From Desulfobacterales bacterium (GTDB taxonomy: Bacteria > Desulfobacterota > Desulfobacteria > Desulfobacterales > UBA11574): DNA of 64,000 nucleotides. Position 1 is the first letter of the stretch. Each line of letters opens with the position of its first letter. The position numbers and the translations under genes are program-made. The stretch covers positions 9,725 to 73,724 of the forward strand of contig JAWOIY010000227.1 of assembly GCA_046484425.1 (NCBI GenBank). The letters are read 5' to 3'. The notes beneath the pieces are model-generated. The model saw nothing but the letters and a program-made list of their open reading frames with translations. It ran no database searches and was not told the DNA's origin. Positions 1 through 9,587 of the stretch are shown one piece after another.

Positions 1-20
1 TGCACGAGTTGCGGTCACTG

Positions 21-968
21 ATGAAACGAACGCTTAAAATAGGAACCAGAGGAAGCAAGCTCGCTTTATGGCAGGCAAACTGGGTCAAATCGGCCCTTGA
101 AGTTAAACATCCATCTCTTTCTATTAAGCTTGTAACGATAAAGACAACGGGAGACAAGATTCTCGATGTGCCCCTTGCCAAAGTGGGCGGCAAAGGTCTT
201 TTTGTAAAAGAAATCGAAGACGCACTTTTAAACGAAAAAATAGACATCGCTGTTCACAGCATGAAAGATATGCCGGCTGAAATACCGAAAGGGTTGTGTA
301 TCGGCGCGATCCCTGAGCGAGAAACCCCGCAGGATGTTCTGATTTCCAAAAACAATACGCCCCTCTTAAAACTCGAGCCTGGTGCCAGGGTCGGCACCAG
401 CAGCCTTCGTCGGATGGCACAGCTTCTCCACGCGAGACCGAATTTGAAGGTATTGCCTTTAAGAGGGAACCTGGATACACGACTAAAAAAACTTAAAACA
501 AAGGACTTTGATGCCATAATCCTGGCAGCCGCCGGTGTCAAACGCCTGGGACTTGAAAACAGGATAACAGAATACCTGGACGAAAAAATCATGCTTCCGG
601 CAGTCGGTCAGGGCGCCCTCTGCATAGAGGTTAGACTGAATGATCCCAAAGTCGGGCCAATTATCGATGCACTTGAACATCCACAAACACGATCGATAAT
701 TATGGGTGAACGTGCATTTTTAAACCGTCTTGAAGGCGGTTGTCAGGTGCCCATTGCCGCACATGGAAAAATCGAATCAGACACATTTGTGCTTTCCGGA
801 CTTGTAGCCACGATTGACGGCAGAACGCTTATCAGAGAGACCCTTACCGGATTTGAAACTTCATCCGAAAGCATTGGGATAGAACTTGCGGAACGGTTGG
901 TTTCAATGGGCGCTGAAGAAATCATCAAAACCCTAAAAGACGAACTGATTGAAAACTATGAGCGGTAA
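21..968 (+). CDS. hemC: hydroxymethylbilane synthase (porphobilinogen deaminase)
   Basis: ORF 9..968. N-terminus MKRTLKIGTRGSKLALWQA and full-length resemblance to the HemC family. ATG at 21 preferred over TTG at 9. Its 3' end overlaps the next heme gene. Confidence 0.93.
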   Translation: MKRTLKIGTRGSKLALWQANWVKSALEVKHPSLSIKLVTIKTTGDKILDVPLAKVGGKGLFVKEIEDALLNEKIDIAVHSMKDMPAEIPKGLCIGAIPERETPQDVLISKNNTPLLKLEPGARVGTSSLRRMAQLLHARPNLKVLPLRGNLDTRLKKLKTKDFDAIILAAAGVKRLGLENRITEYLDEKIMLPAVGQGALCIEVRLNDPKVGPIIDALEHPQTRSIIMGERAFLNRLEGGCQVPIAAHGKIESDTFVLSGLVATIDGRTLIRETLTGFETSSESIGIELAERLVSMGAEEIIKTLKDELIENYER

Positions 969-2493
969 AGTTTATCTGGTCGGTGCCGGCCCCGGCGATC
1001 CGGGCCTGATTACCGTAAAGGGCTTGGAATGTATCCGAAAAGCCGACGTGCTCATCATTGATTATCTGGCATCACCCATCCTGTTACAATATGCATCCAA
1101 GGATGCCGAGATTATTTATGTAGGCAAAAAAGTCGGAGATCACACCTTTTCTCAGACTGAAATTAACGCACTGATTATCGAAAAAGCCCAAACGGCTTCA
1201 ACGGTCGTACGGCTCAAGGGGGGCGATCCTTTTATATTTGGACGCGGCGGCGAAGAAGCGGCAGAACTGGTAAATGCGAACATTCCTTTTGAAATTGTAC
1301 CCGGTGTGACTTCAGCCATTGCGGTTCCGGCCTATGCCGGGATATCACTAACCCACAGAAATCACACGTCCACCATTGCTTTCGTAACCGGCCATGAAGA
1401 TCCCACCAAAAAAGAATCACGAATAGACTGGGGAGCCCTTGCAAGAGGCATCGGCACCATTGTATTTTTAATGGGCGTCAAAAATTTAGAGCGTATTGTT
1501 CAGCAGCTTATTAAACATGGCATGAGCCCTGATACACCCATAGCGCTCATTCGCTGGGGAACCACACCCAGGCAAATCACTGTTACCGGAACTCTCGATA
1601 CGATCGTTGAGCGTGTGAAACATGCCGGCCTCAAACCCCCTGCCATTATTGTCGTGGGTGATGTTGTTAAACTGAGAAAAACCTTAAAATGGTATGAAAA
1701 CCGGCCGTTGATGGGGCGAAGCATCGTGGTTACCCGGGCCAGGGAACAGGCCAGCGATCTGGTCAACCGTCTTTCCGAACTTGGTGCAGAGTGTATTGAA
1801 TGCCCAATGATAAAAGCATCGCCGCCCGATGATTTTAAACCATTGGACATGGCCATCGATAATCTTTCATCCTATGCGTGGCTGGTCTTTACCAGCGTTA
1901 ACGGAGTGAATTTCTTCTTTAACCGGCTGTTTGAAAAAAACCGGGATGTCCGCGACTTAAACCGTGTTCGTACAGCGGTCATCGGACCGGCAACGGCCAA
2001 AAGACTTTTTGATTTTGGACTTAAAAGCGATGTCGTTCCCGAAAGTTACAGGGGTGAATCCGTTGTCAAGGCATTTGCAAAAGAAGATATTATCGGGAAA
2101 AAGATATTGCTGCCGCGCGCAAAGGAAGCAAGACCGGTTCTACCGCTGGAACTTGCCAGAATGGGAGCTGTTGTTGATGACGTTGAAGCCTACTGCACCA
2201 AAGCGGTCAAAGACGATGCCGCTGTTATTTTAAAACGACTCGAAGAACGAACCATTGATATGATTACATTTACAAGCTCGTCCACCGTTAAAAATTTTCA
2301 TGCCTTTCTCCCGCCTGAGCGTTTTAACAGCCTGGTACAAGGCGTCACCATTGCAAGCATCGGCCCGATAACCGCCGATACCGCCCGGAATTTGGGATTT
2401 GACGTTCATATTGTTGCCGAATCTTTTACCATACCGGGATTGTGTGAAGCGATTCAACAATACTATCATAAAACTCAGTGCTCTAATTCGTAA
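958..2493 (+). CDS. cobA-hemD: fused uroporphyrinogen-III C-methyltransferase / uroporphyrinogen-III synthase
   Basis: N-terminal SUMT motifs (VYLVGAGPGDPGLITVKG, VVRLKGGDPFIFGRGGEE) followed by a C-terminal HemD-like half of about 250 aa. ATG at 958 sits inside track ORF 949..2493. This fusion is typical of sulfate reducers. Confidence 0.9.
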   Translation: MSGKVYLVGAGPGDPGLITVKGLECIRKADVLIIDYLASPILLQYASKDAEIIYVGKKVGDHTFSQTEINALIIEKAQTASTVVRLKGGDPFIFGRGGEEAAELVNANIPFEIVPGVTSAIAVPAYAGISLTHRNHTSTIAFVTGHEDPTKKESRIDWGALARGIGTIVFLMGVKNLERIVQQLIKHGMSPDTPIALIRWGTTPRQITVTGTLDTIVERVKHAGLKPPAIIVVGDVVKLRKTLKWYENRPLMGRSIVVTRAREQASDLVNRLSELGAECIECPMIKASPPDDFKPLDMAIDNLSSYAWLVFTSVNGVNFFFNRLFEKNRDVRDLNRVRTAVIGPATAKRLFDFGLKSDVVPESYRGESVVKAFAKEDIIGKKILLPRAKEARPVLPLELARMGAVVDDVEAYCTKAVKDDAAVILKRLEERTIDMITFTSSSTVKNFHAFLPPERFNSLVQGVTIASIGPITADTARNLGFDVHIVAESFTIPGLCEAIQQYYHKTQCSNS

Positions 2494-2554
2494 GTTCGAT
2501 AACGTATTTTTATCAGTACAGCTATCTCTTATAAACTGAAGTCCAAAGGCGTGA

Positions 2555-2589
2555 AAGGATTCAGGGGGTCAAGGATTCGAGGGGCCAAG
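2555..2589. repeat. degenerate octamer tandem array (GGGTTCA-type family), solo arm
   Basis: aaggattc agggggtc aaggattc gaggggcc aag. Confidence 0.6.
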
Positions 2590-2812
2590 TGAACTTCTTA
2601 AAAATTATAAATAATTGAGCGGAATGGATCATCTTTTTTTAAAAGCGCGTACTGTCTGAGTGGTTACACGGTTTGAAAAAAAAACATTATCCATGGAGCG
2701 ATTTAACAAACAAAAACATCCTTTTCCCCTCAGTTCATCGAGAGAAGAACCACAAATTCAGCACATTTAAGAATACATGTACTTGGACATACCAATTTTA
2801 TGTGGAGAAAAA

Positions 2813-3067
2813 ATGGCAAAACACACACACCACCATGTCGAAATGTATGAAGGTCTCATTGGGCTCGGCCTGGATCGAAAAACCGATGAAAATACGATAA
2901 TCTATTATCTTCAGAAATTCTCGGATGATACACTCATGAACATTTTGGCAACGAGGTTGTCGGATGAAGAACTGGAAGAAATATTTTCTCTTTTGACACG
3001 AATCCTCAAAAAACACCTCAAGGATTCAGAGTATCACATCCTCTTCTTAAAAGAAAATCACGTATAA
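2813..3067 (+). CDS. small hypothetical protein, His-rich N-terminus (MAKHTHHHVEMYEG...)
   Basis: ATG at 2813 is preceded by GGAGA. The ORF ends 16 nt before the aminopeptidase gene, which has its own GGGAGG RBS. I recognise no family. Confidence 0.55.
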   Translation: MAKHTHHHVEMYEGLIGLGLDRKTDENTIIYYLQKFSDDTLMNILATRLSDEELEEIFSLLTRILKKHLKDSEYHILFLKENHV

Positions 3068-3083
3068 TTCGGGAGGTAAAGAG

Positions 3084-4283
3084 ATGTTCACGGAAAAACA
3101 GCTCGACAGGTATGCGGATGTGTTGCTGTGGGCGCTTAAAACAGCCAGAACCAATAGATTCAATAAAAATGATATTGTGCTCATCCGTTACGGAACGCCT
3201 GCCTTACCGCTTGCTGAAACTGTTTACGCAAAACTTTTAGATATGGGAATTCATCCTGTCCTTCGTACAAACCTCACTGCAAATATGGAACAAAATTTTT
3301 TTGAACGCTCAAATCACCGGCAGATTACTTTTGAGCCGCCCGGTGAAAAAGAACTTTTTAACCGGTTAAACGGCGGCATCTTTCTGAATGCACCCGAATC
3401 CATAACACACTTGAGTCATATCGATCCCAAAAAAATCGGCAAGTTTGCCGTAGCCCGAAAATATCTGCGCGATATCCTCGATGCCCGGGATCAGGCAGGT
3501 AAATTCGGATGGACCTTGTGCACCTACCCCACAAAAGAACCGGCCGGACATGCCAGGCTTTCTTTAAAGGCATATGCGGTTCAAATTGTAAGTGCTTGTT
3601 TTCTGGATAAAGTTTCTCCGGTTTCCCATTGGCAAGATATTTATCATGGTGCAACATCCATTAAAAAATGGCTCAACCGCATGAAGGTGAATTTCTATCA
3701 TATTGAATCAGAAAATCTGGACCTCAAGATAACACCGGGAGAAAAAAGAAAATGGATCGGCATTTCCGGCCACAATATTCCGAGCTTTGAAATATTTCTC
3801 TCACCGGATTGGAGAGGCACCCAGGGAATATACTATGCGAATCAGCCCTCATTTCGAAGCGGCAACTATGTAAAAGGGGTAAGGCTCGAGTTTAAAAAAG
3901 GGAGTGTGGTTAAAATCGAAGCTCAAGAGGGGGAAGATTTTGTCGTCAAACAGCTTTCAATGGACAAAGGGGCCAACAAGGTCGGTGAATTCTCTCTGAC
4001 AGACAAAAGATTCTCGAAAATCAATACTTTTATGGCAAATACGCTTTTTGATGAGAACTACGGCGGCAAGTACGGCAACTGTCATCTGGCGGTGGGTTCT
4101 TCCTATGTCGATACGTATAGCGGGAATCTAAAGGAATTGACCAGGGAGAATAAGAAAAAGCTCGGTTTCAACGATTCGGCTCTCCACTGGGATCTTGTCA
4201 ATACTGAAAAGAAAAGGGTTATCGCGCATCTTGTTTCCGGCAAAAAGAAAACCATCTACGAAAACGGCATATTTTCAATTTAA
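3084..4283 (+). CDS. aminopeptidase, M29 (AmpS/PepS-like) family
   Basis: 399-aa ORF with overall M29 thermophilic-metalloprotease-like sequence (e.g. NCHLAVGSSY, ALHWDLV). RBS GGGAGG upstream. Confidence 0.8.
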   Translation: MFTEKQLDRYADVLLWALKTARTNRFNKNDIVLIRYGTPALPLAETVYAKLLDMGIHPVLRTNLTANMEQNFFERSNHRQITFEPPGEKELFNRLNGGIFLNAPESITHLSHIDPKKIGKFAVARKYLRDILDARDQAGKFGWTLCTYPTKEPAGHARLSLKAYAVQIVSACFLDKVSPVSHWQDIYHGATSIKKWLNRMKVNFYHIESENLDLKITPGEKRKWIGISGHNIPSFEIFLSPDWRGTQGIYYANQPSFRSGNYVKGVRLEFKKGSVVKIEAQEGEDFVVKQLSMDKGANKVGEFSLTDKRFSKINTFMANTLFDENYGGKYGNCHLAVGSSYVDTYSGNLKELTRENKKKLGFNDSALHWDLVNTEKKRVIAHLVSGKKKTIYENGIFSI

Positions 4284-4342
4284 GAATTCATCTTATCAAA
4301 CCGGTTCAACTCCGGCAGACAACCTCAATAAAACCGTCAAAC

Positions 4343-4840
4343 TTATACCTTGTATTTACCAAAATCATCCGGAGAAAGGTTTTCAAGATATTCCGCCCAT
4401 TTTTTCCCTTCTTCGCTTTTGTTTAATACCTCATAATCACCTTCAACCATCTGAGATTTCTCAAAAATTTTATCATCCACATAAATAGGAGCGTCAAACC
4501 GAAGTGCGATGGCAATCGCATCGCTCGGACGGGCATCCATGTTGAAACTTTTTTCTTTGGATACAAAATATATCCTGGCATAAAACGTGTTATCCTTTAA
4601 ATCACAGACTTCAACCTTCGATACCACCATATCCAGATTGTCGATAAAATTTTTGAAAAGATCATGTGTCATGGGCCGGTCGAACTTGATATTTCTGAGC
4701 GCTGAAGCAATGGATGTCGCTTCGAGCAACCCAATCCATATCGGGACCGCTTGATCACCTTCCACCGATTTTAAAATAATAATGGGCGTGTTTGATGTCG
4801 GGTCTATTGCCATACTCGCAATATTTACTTTACGCAACAT
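4343..4840 (-). CDS. bifunctional nuclease family protein (DUF151/BFN)
   Basis: PIWIGLLEATSIASAL and DRPMTHDL motifs. ATG at 4840 with AGGAG RBS is preferred over the upstream in-frame start. Overlaps the miaB stop by 16 nt. Confidence 0.8.
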   Translation of the reverse strand: MLRKVNIASMAIDPTSNTPIIILKSVEGDQAVPIWIGLLEATSIASALRNIKFDRPMTHDLFKNFIDNLDMVVSKVEVCDLKDNTFYARIYFVSKEKSFNMDARPSDAIAIALRFDAPIYVDDKIFEKSQMVEGDYEVLNKSEEGKKWAEYLENLSPDDFGKYKV

Positions 4841-6249
4841 AACTCTTCTCCTCTCAAACCAAACGCAGTTGGTTCTTTGCTGTCTGTCCTGCCCCACAGT
4901 GAATGGGAAAATGCTTGTAAAATTCTGACATTCAACATCTGTCCCACCACGCTTTCATCACAGGAAGTTATGTCATGACTTTGGTAAAAGTTCACGATTT
5001 TGTTTGTTGATGTCCGCCCGGTCCACTGGGCGCTCTGACTGCTGTTTTGTGTATTTATTCGATTTTGTTTTTTGCTGAAACCTTCCACAAGAACCGATTG
5101 TATCGAGCCTTTCAGTGCTTTGTTTTTGGAAGACGTAAAATAATCTTGCAGATCCAGTACGTGCTGCAATCTTTCTTTCTTTTCATCTTCCGGAATTTTC
5201 CCCGAGAATCGAGCAGCTGAAGCGTTTGGGCGATCAGAATATTTAAATGCAAACAAACCATCAAATTCAACCGTGCCGATCAAGTCGAGGGTTTCATTGA
5301 AATCTGACCGGGTCTCTCCTGGAAAACCGACGATAATATCGGACGTAATTGCAATCTCAGAACAAGTATTGCGCAGTTTGTCTACTTTTTCAAGATATAT
5401 CTCCCGTGTATATCTCCGGTTCATCCTTTTCAGGATCCTGTTTGAACCCGACTGTATCGGCAGATGGATATGGTGGCACAATTTGTCAAGATCCTTAAAT
5501 GCGGCGATCAGGTCTTCCGAAAGATCTTTAGGATGTGAGGTGGTAAACCGGATTCTTAAAAGCCCGTCAACATCGTTAATACGCCGTAAAAGTTCGGGAA
5601 ATGTGCAAAGGCCTTCCTTTATCCCGTAACTGTTAACGTTCTGGCCCAACAGCGTTACCTCCCGCACCCCGGACTCAACAAGACACCGAATTTCGTTGAT
5701 GATATTCTCTGGATTCCTGCTGGTTTCTCTGCCGCGGACATAAGGAACGACACAGTAAGTACAATAATTATCGCATCCCTGCATGATGGTCACAAAGCGC
5801 GACACCTCTCCATTATCAATTCCGTTTGTGACAAAATTCAACTCTTTAATCTGATCCGACATCTCAATGTCGACAATACGGCATTTCTTCGACGCGATGG
5901 TTTGTATGGCATTGGGCAGCCGATCGATAGCGTTTGTCCCGAAAACAAGATCAAGATGCGGCACACGCTCTAAAATCTTTGTACCTTCCTGCTGTGCCAC
6001 ACACCCGCCGACTCCAATGATCAGATCAGGTTTTTTTTTCTTCAGACCGGCCAGTCTTCCTAAAAAACTAAACACTTTCTGTTCGGCCTTTTCCCTGATG
6101 GCACACGTATTCACGATAATCAGATCCGCATTTTTAATGGAGGAGGTCATTTCATATCGTAACGACCTTAATCCCCTGGCGATTTGTTCGGAGTCATAAA
6201 CATTCATCTGACAACCGATGGTATTAATATATAAATATTTTGTTTTCAT
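4825..6249 (-). CDS. miaB: tRNA (N6-isopentenyl adenosine(37)-C2)-methylthiotransferase
   Basis: N-terminal YINTIGCQMNVYDSE, radical SAM CDNYCTYC, and a C-terminal TRAM-like region. Confidence 0.93.
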   Translation of the reverse strand: MKTKYLYINTIGCQMNVYDSEQIARGLRSLRYEMTSSIKNADLIIVNTCAIREKAEQKVFSFLGRLAGLKKKKPDLIIGVGGCVAQQEGTKILERVPHLDLVFGTNAIDRLPNAIQTIASKKCRIVDIEMSDQIKELNFVTNGIDNGEVSRFVTIMQGCDNYCTYCVVPYVRGRETSRNPENIINEIRCLVESGVREVTLLGQNVNSYGIKEGLCTFPELLRRINDVDGLLRIRFTTSHPKDLSEDLIAAFKDLDKLCHHIHLPIQSGSNRILKRMNRRYTREIYLEKVDKLRNTCSEIAITSDIIVGFPGETRSDFNETLDLIGTVEFDGLFAFKYSDRPNASAARFSGKIPEDEKKERLQHVLDLQDYFTSSKNKALKGSIQSVLVEGFSKKQNRINTQNSSQSAQWTGRTSTNKIVNFYQSHDITSCDESVVGQMLNVRILQAFSHSLWGRTDSKEPTAFGLRGEELCCVK

Positions 6250-6378
6250 CTATTGTAATAGTTTAGTCCTTTGAAACAAATCGATTTTATTGGTCTTCGC
6301 TCTTGCGAGCTTCGGCGTGGTTCAGCTTACATTCCATGCCTGCAGCAAACTGTATCAGGCGAAGGCGAATAAATGATA

Positions 6379-6591
6379 TTATACAAAATCTTGGATGATC
6401 GTGTCTTTTTTGAGATCCTGTAAAATTGTTTCCACCTCATCTTCACATCCGGGAGCAATTCCGAGCAAAACGATTCCCTGACGGGCGTCGATGGTTGTCA
6501 GGGTTGCGATACCATCATACGCCTCTAAGATGAATTTTAAAAAACAGATCTCTTTGCGATCAATGCGAAAATATTTTTTTATCGTTTTCAC
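6379..6591 (-). CDS. DUF4911 domain-containing protein
   Basis: 70-aa ORF (YFRIDRKEICFLKFILEAYDGIA...) of the small family that commonly precedes miaB in Desulfobacterota. Family name is from memory. Confidence 0.65.
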   Translation of the reverse strand: MKTIKKYFRIDRKEICFLKFILEAYDGIATLTTIDARQGIVLLGIAPGCEDEVETILQDLKKDTIIQDFV

Positions 6592-6846
6592 TCTCAGTCT
6601 TTAAAACATAAGATTATTACTCAAGTTTCGCAACCGAAATTAAAAGCAAGTCCAACCTTACGCAATTTTTATATTTACTATCATCTTGCTCTTTAGAGTT
6701 TCAATAAAAAAAGTCCGGACGAACAAGCCGACAAATGATGATATATGGCCATAATAGGTATTTCTGTCCGATAATCCTCCCCCGGCAAAAAGATATCCTG
6801 TTGTCTGAAGCCGCTGATATTTTGAGCTTTTTTAGAAAAATGCGCG

Positions 6847-6875
6847 TTGACATCGGACATCGCCTTCGATATATG
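6847..6875 (+). promoter_or_regulatory. sigma70-like promoter box P1 (TTGACA-17 nt-TATATG)
   Basis: cgttgacatcggacatcgccttcgatatatga. No annotated gene lies immediately downstream on this strand. Confidence 0.35.
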
Positions 6876-7257
6876 AATTATAAATGAAGCGAACAATTTG
6901 AAAATAGTATGTGACGAACATGAAGCACGCCATGTAAGCATCTTTGAGTGGTATGGTTTCAACGTTAAGTTATGTCTGTGCCCACAATGCTTTACGTTGA
7001 ACGAACAACGCTCGGCCACAGATCTTCTTCAAAAGGTTGCTTAATTTCAATAGGATATGGATACTTTTTCATCCAATGTCCAGCCCGTGTATGACCTTCC
7101 TTTTGCTGGTGATTTATCTTTTCCCGCGTAAATAACCACATTTTCGAGTTAGATTATCAGGCTGAAGCAAATTTTTTGTAAAAATACATTTTGGAGCCGA
7201 AGAGTGTTTTATATCCAAAATTTCTGATATGTTCTGAGGCTATAGAAAAATTGGACG

Positions 7258-7286
7258 TTGACATCCCACACCGCCACCGGTATATG
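7258..7286 (+). promoter_or_regulatory. sigma70-like promoter box P2 (TTGACA-17 nt-TATATG) upstream of recJ
   Basis: cgttgacatcccacaccgccaccggtatatga, about 60 nt upstream of the recJ ATG. Near-duplicate of P1. Confidence 0.45.
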
Positions 7287-7345
7287 ATTTTTATTGAATT
7301 GCTTGGCAATCTAATTTCGGAGGATATAAGGCAATAAGTCTGTTG

Positions 7346-9061
7346 ATGAAAAAAGAGTGGCAAATACTTCAGCCTGGCATTCATTTGGTCGAAAAACTTT
7401 GCGAAATCCTCAATTGCCATCCTGCCGTTGCCTCAATCCTGATCAATCGCAATGTTTCTTCCACGGAAGATATATCAAATTTTTTCAACACGTCCCTCAG
7501 CCGGTTAAGCCCACCCTTTTCCATTAAGGATATGGATGTCGCGGTTGACCGGATTTCAGCCGCCATAGAGCGAAAAGAAAAAATCCTGATTTTTGGAGAC
7601 TATGACGTTGATGGAATTACCGCCACAACCATCCTTCTGGAATTTTTCCGTTCAGCCGGTGCGGATGTGTCTTACTATATCCCTCACAGAATAACGGAAG
7701 GTTTCGGTCTGAAAACAGACCATATTTCAAATTACGCACTGCCGAATGGTATAAACCTCATTATCACTGTAGACTGCGGTTCTGACAGTCACGATGCAGT
7801 TAAAGCCGCAATTGATGCAGGAATTGATGTTATCGTTACCGACCACCACATCATATCGGACACGATCCCTCCTGCCCTCGCAGTGGTAAACCCCAAACGG
7901 AACGACTGTCCATCCGGTTTTCACGATCTTGCCGGAGTTGGCGTGGCGCTTTATCTACTGATCTGCCTCCGGAAAAAGCTTCGAGACACAAATTTCTGGC
8001 AGAACCGTCCGGAACCCAACCTAAAAAGTTACTGTGATCTTGTCGCCCTTGGCACACTGGCCGATATGGTTCCTTTAACATATGAGAATCGGATACTTTC
8101 TACTGCAGGAATGCGTATGATTCGTTCGACGGGCCGGCCCGGTCTGAATGCACTGATAGAGGTTTGCGAAATCAATAAACATACCATTGACAGCGATGAT
8201 ATCGTTTTCTACCTGGCCCCCATTTTAAATTCAGCAGGTAGAATAGATCACGCTTCAACGGCTGTGGAACTTCTTTGTGCCAGTGATACCCAGACGGCAC
8301 GGACAATTGCCCATTCGCTCAACAGTCTGAACCAGAATCGGCGCAGCATTGAAAATACAATACTCACCCAAGTCAACGATCACTTAAAGAATAACCCGCA
8401 TCTGCTCCTGAAAAACACGTTGGTCCTGGCCCACCGAAACTGGCATTTAGGGATTCTTGGGATTGTTGCATCAAGAATTATGAAAAAATATTTTCGTCCG
8501 GTTGTCCTGATCACAACAGCAGACGGAATCGGGAAAGGCTCGGCGAGAAGCATTCCTGAAATCAATCTATATGAAGGTTTGTCGGCATGTGCAGACGACA
8601 TTGAAACCTTCGGCGGGCACTCAACGGCAGCCGGCCTTGAAATTAAGGCCGGGAAGATAGACCAGTTCAAAATCCACTTTGAAAACGCTGTGAACCGTAT
8701 GGCAAAACCATCTGTTTTTAAACCAAAAATTGCCATCGATTACAAACTCGACTTTGCCGATATTTCAAACAAACTGATGGATGAGCTTGAATCGTTGAAA
8801 CCGTTTGGCACAGGAAACCCTGCGCCGCTCTTCATGACTGAAAATGTCAGGATTATATCTTCAAAACTTGTGGGCCAAAATCACAGAAGCATGGTTTTAA
8901 ATCAATCCGGGAAAAATTCGGGTAACCCCTTACACGCAATCCAATTTAACATCGATACCCGTATTCCTTTGACGGACAATTTTGATCGGATTGCCTACCG
9001 TCTTCGATGGAATCGATGGAACAGAAGTAAAAAAGCTGAAGTTGTTATTGAAGAAACGTAA
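7346..9061 (+). CDS. recJ: single-stranded-DNA-specific exonuclease RecJ
   Basis: DHH motifs (IFGDYDVDGITA, VTDHH), DHHA1 (GGHSTAAG) and a C-terminal OB-like part. ATG at 7346. Confidence 0.93.
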   Translation: MKKEWQILQPGIHLVEKLCEILNCHPAVASILINRNVSSTEDISNFFNTSLSRLSPPFSIKDMDVAVDRISAAIERKEKILIFGDYDVDGITATTILLEFFRSAGADVSYYIPHRITEGFGLKTDHISNYALPNGINLIITVDCGSDSHDAVKAAIDAGIDVIVTDHHIISDTIPPALAVVNPKRNDCPSGFHDLAGVGVALYLLICLRKKLRDTNFWQNRPEPNLKSYCDLVALGTLADMVPLTYENRILSTAGMRMIRSTGRPGLNALIEVCEINKHTIDSDDIVFYLAPILNSAGRIDHASTAVELLCASDTQTARTIAHSLNSLNQNRRSIENTILTQVNDHLKNNPHLLLKNTLVLAHRNWHLGILGIVASRIMKKYFRPVVLITTADGIGKGSARSIPEINLYEGLSACADDIETFGGHSTAAGLEIKAGKIDQFKIHFENAVNRMAKPSVFKPKIAIDYKLDFADISNKLMDELESLKPFGTGNPAPLFMTENVRIISSKLVGQNHRSMVLNQSGKNSGNPLHAIQFNIDTRIPLTDNFDRIAYRLRWNRWNRSKKAEVVIEET

Positions 9062-9165
9062 CATCAGCGGCTTAAACATTTTTCTTGCAATAGACTATTC
9101 TTGGAATTATTATTACATTTGTAATATAAAAACCAAATTGAATGTTACATTAAAGGTGAAATATT

Positions 9166-9585
9166 ATGGCCAAAGTATTTCGACCCAGCAGTCGTGAAAC
9201 AAAGATACTGTCAAGAATTGAGTCTTCAAAAGAATTTGCCCGAAGAAAAGCAATAGAAAACGCAATAGACTGTAAAGATCCCCTTTCCAATGCCATTGCC
9301 ATGAAGCTCGTCGAGAACAACCTTGTAGAAACCACGAATAAAAATGTTCTCGAAGAACAGATAGCAAAATGTATTGAAAAGCTCAGCCGCAGCGAAGAAT
9401 TTGATATCGACTATAAGATTGCACCATTTAGAAACCTTGTGCCGAATCCGAATATCGTCAGCATCTACCTTACCGCCTTCGTAATTGAGACCCTTATCAA
9501 TCATAAAGTCGTGGTCGATATTTACGGTTCAGACGAAGAAATATATTTTTGCATCAATCGGCAAGTTGCAAAATTTCTGCCCTAA
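9166..9585 (+). CDS. hypothetical protein (DUF507-like)
   Basis: 139-aa ORF with codon usage like its neighbours, immediately followed by the next gene. DUF507 assignment is from memory only. Confidence 0.55.
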   Translation: MAKVFRPSSRETKILSRIESSKEFARRKAIENAIDCKDPLSNAIAMKLVENNLVETTNKNVLEEQIAKCIEKLSRSEEFDIDYKIAPFRNLVPNPNIVSIYLTAFVIETLINHKVVVDIYGSDEEIYFCINRQVAKFLP

Positions 9586-9587
9586 AA

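Noticed and set aside
1-21. A six-codon open frame (CTSCGH*) whose TGA overlaps the hemC ATG by one base; possibly the 3' end of an upstream gene.
   Set aside because: It is too short to identify and there is no evidence beyond the open frame.
2673-2900. A 75-aa ORF overlapping the start of the His-rich small protein gene.
   Set aside because: It is in a different frame overlapping a better-supported ORF that has an RBS. Its composition is Lys/Thr/Trp-rich and unlike the neighbouring genes.
6992-7141. A 49-aa minus-strand ORF (MWLFTREKINHQQKEGHTRAGHWMKKYPYPIEIKQPFEEDLWPSVVRST) that could be a gene remnant.
   Set aside because: I cannot place it in any family from memory and it has no clear RBS. 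It may be worth a tBLASTn search but is not supportable as a feature.
6693-7420. ORFs 6693-7019 (108 aa) and 7157-7420 (87 aa) on the minus strand in the recJ upstream gap.
   Set aside because: They have no RBS, odd Cys/His/Ser-rich composition and no family resemblance. The second overlaps the recJ start and its putative promoter.
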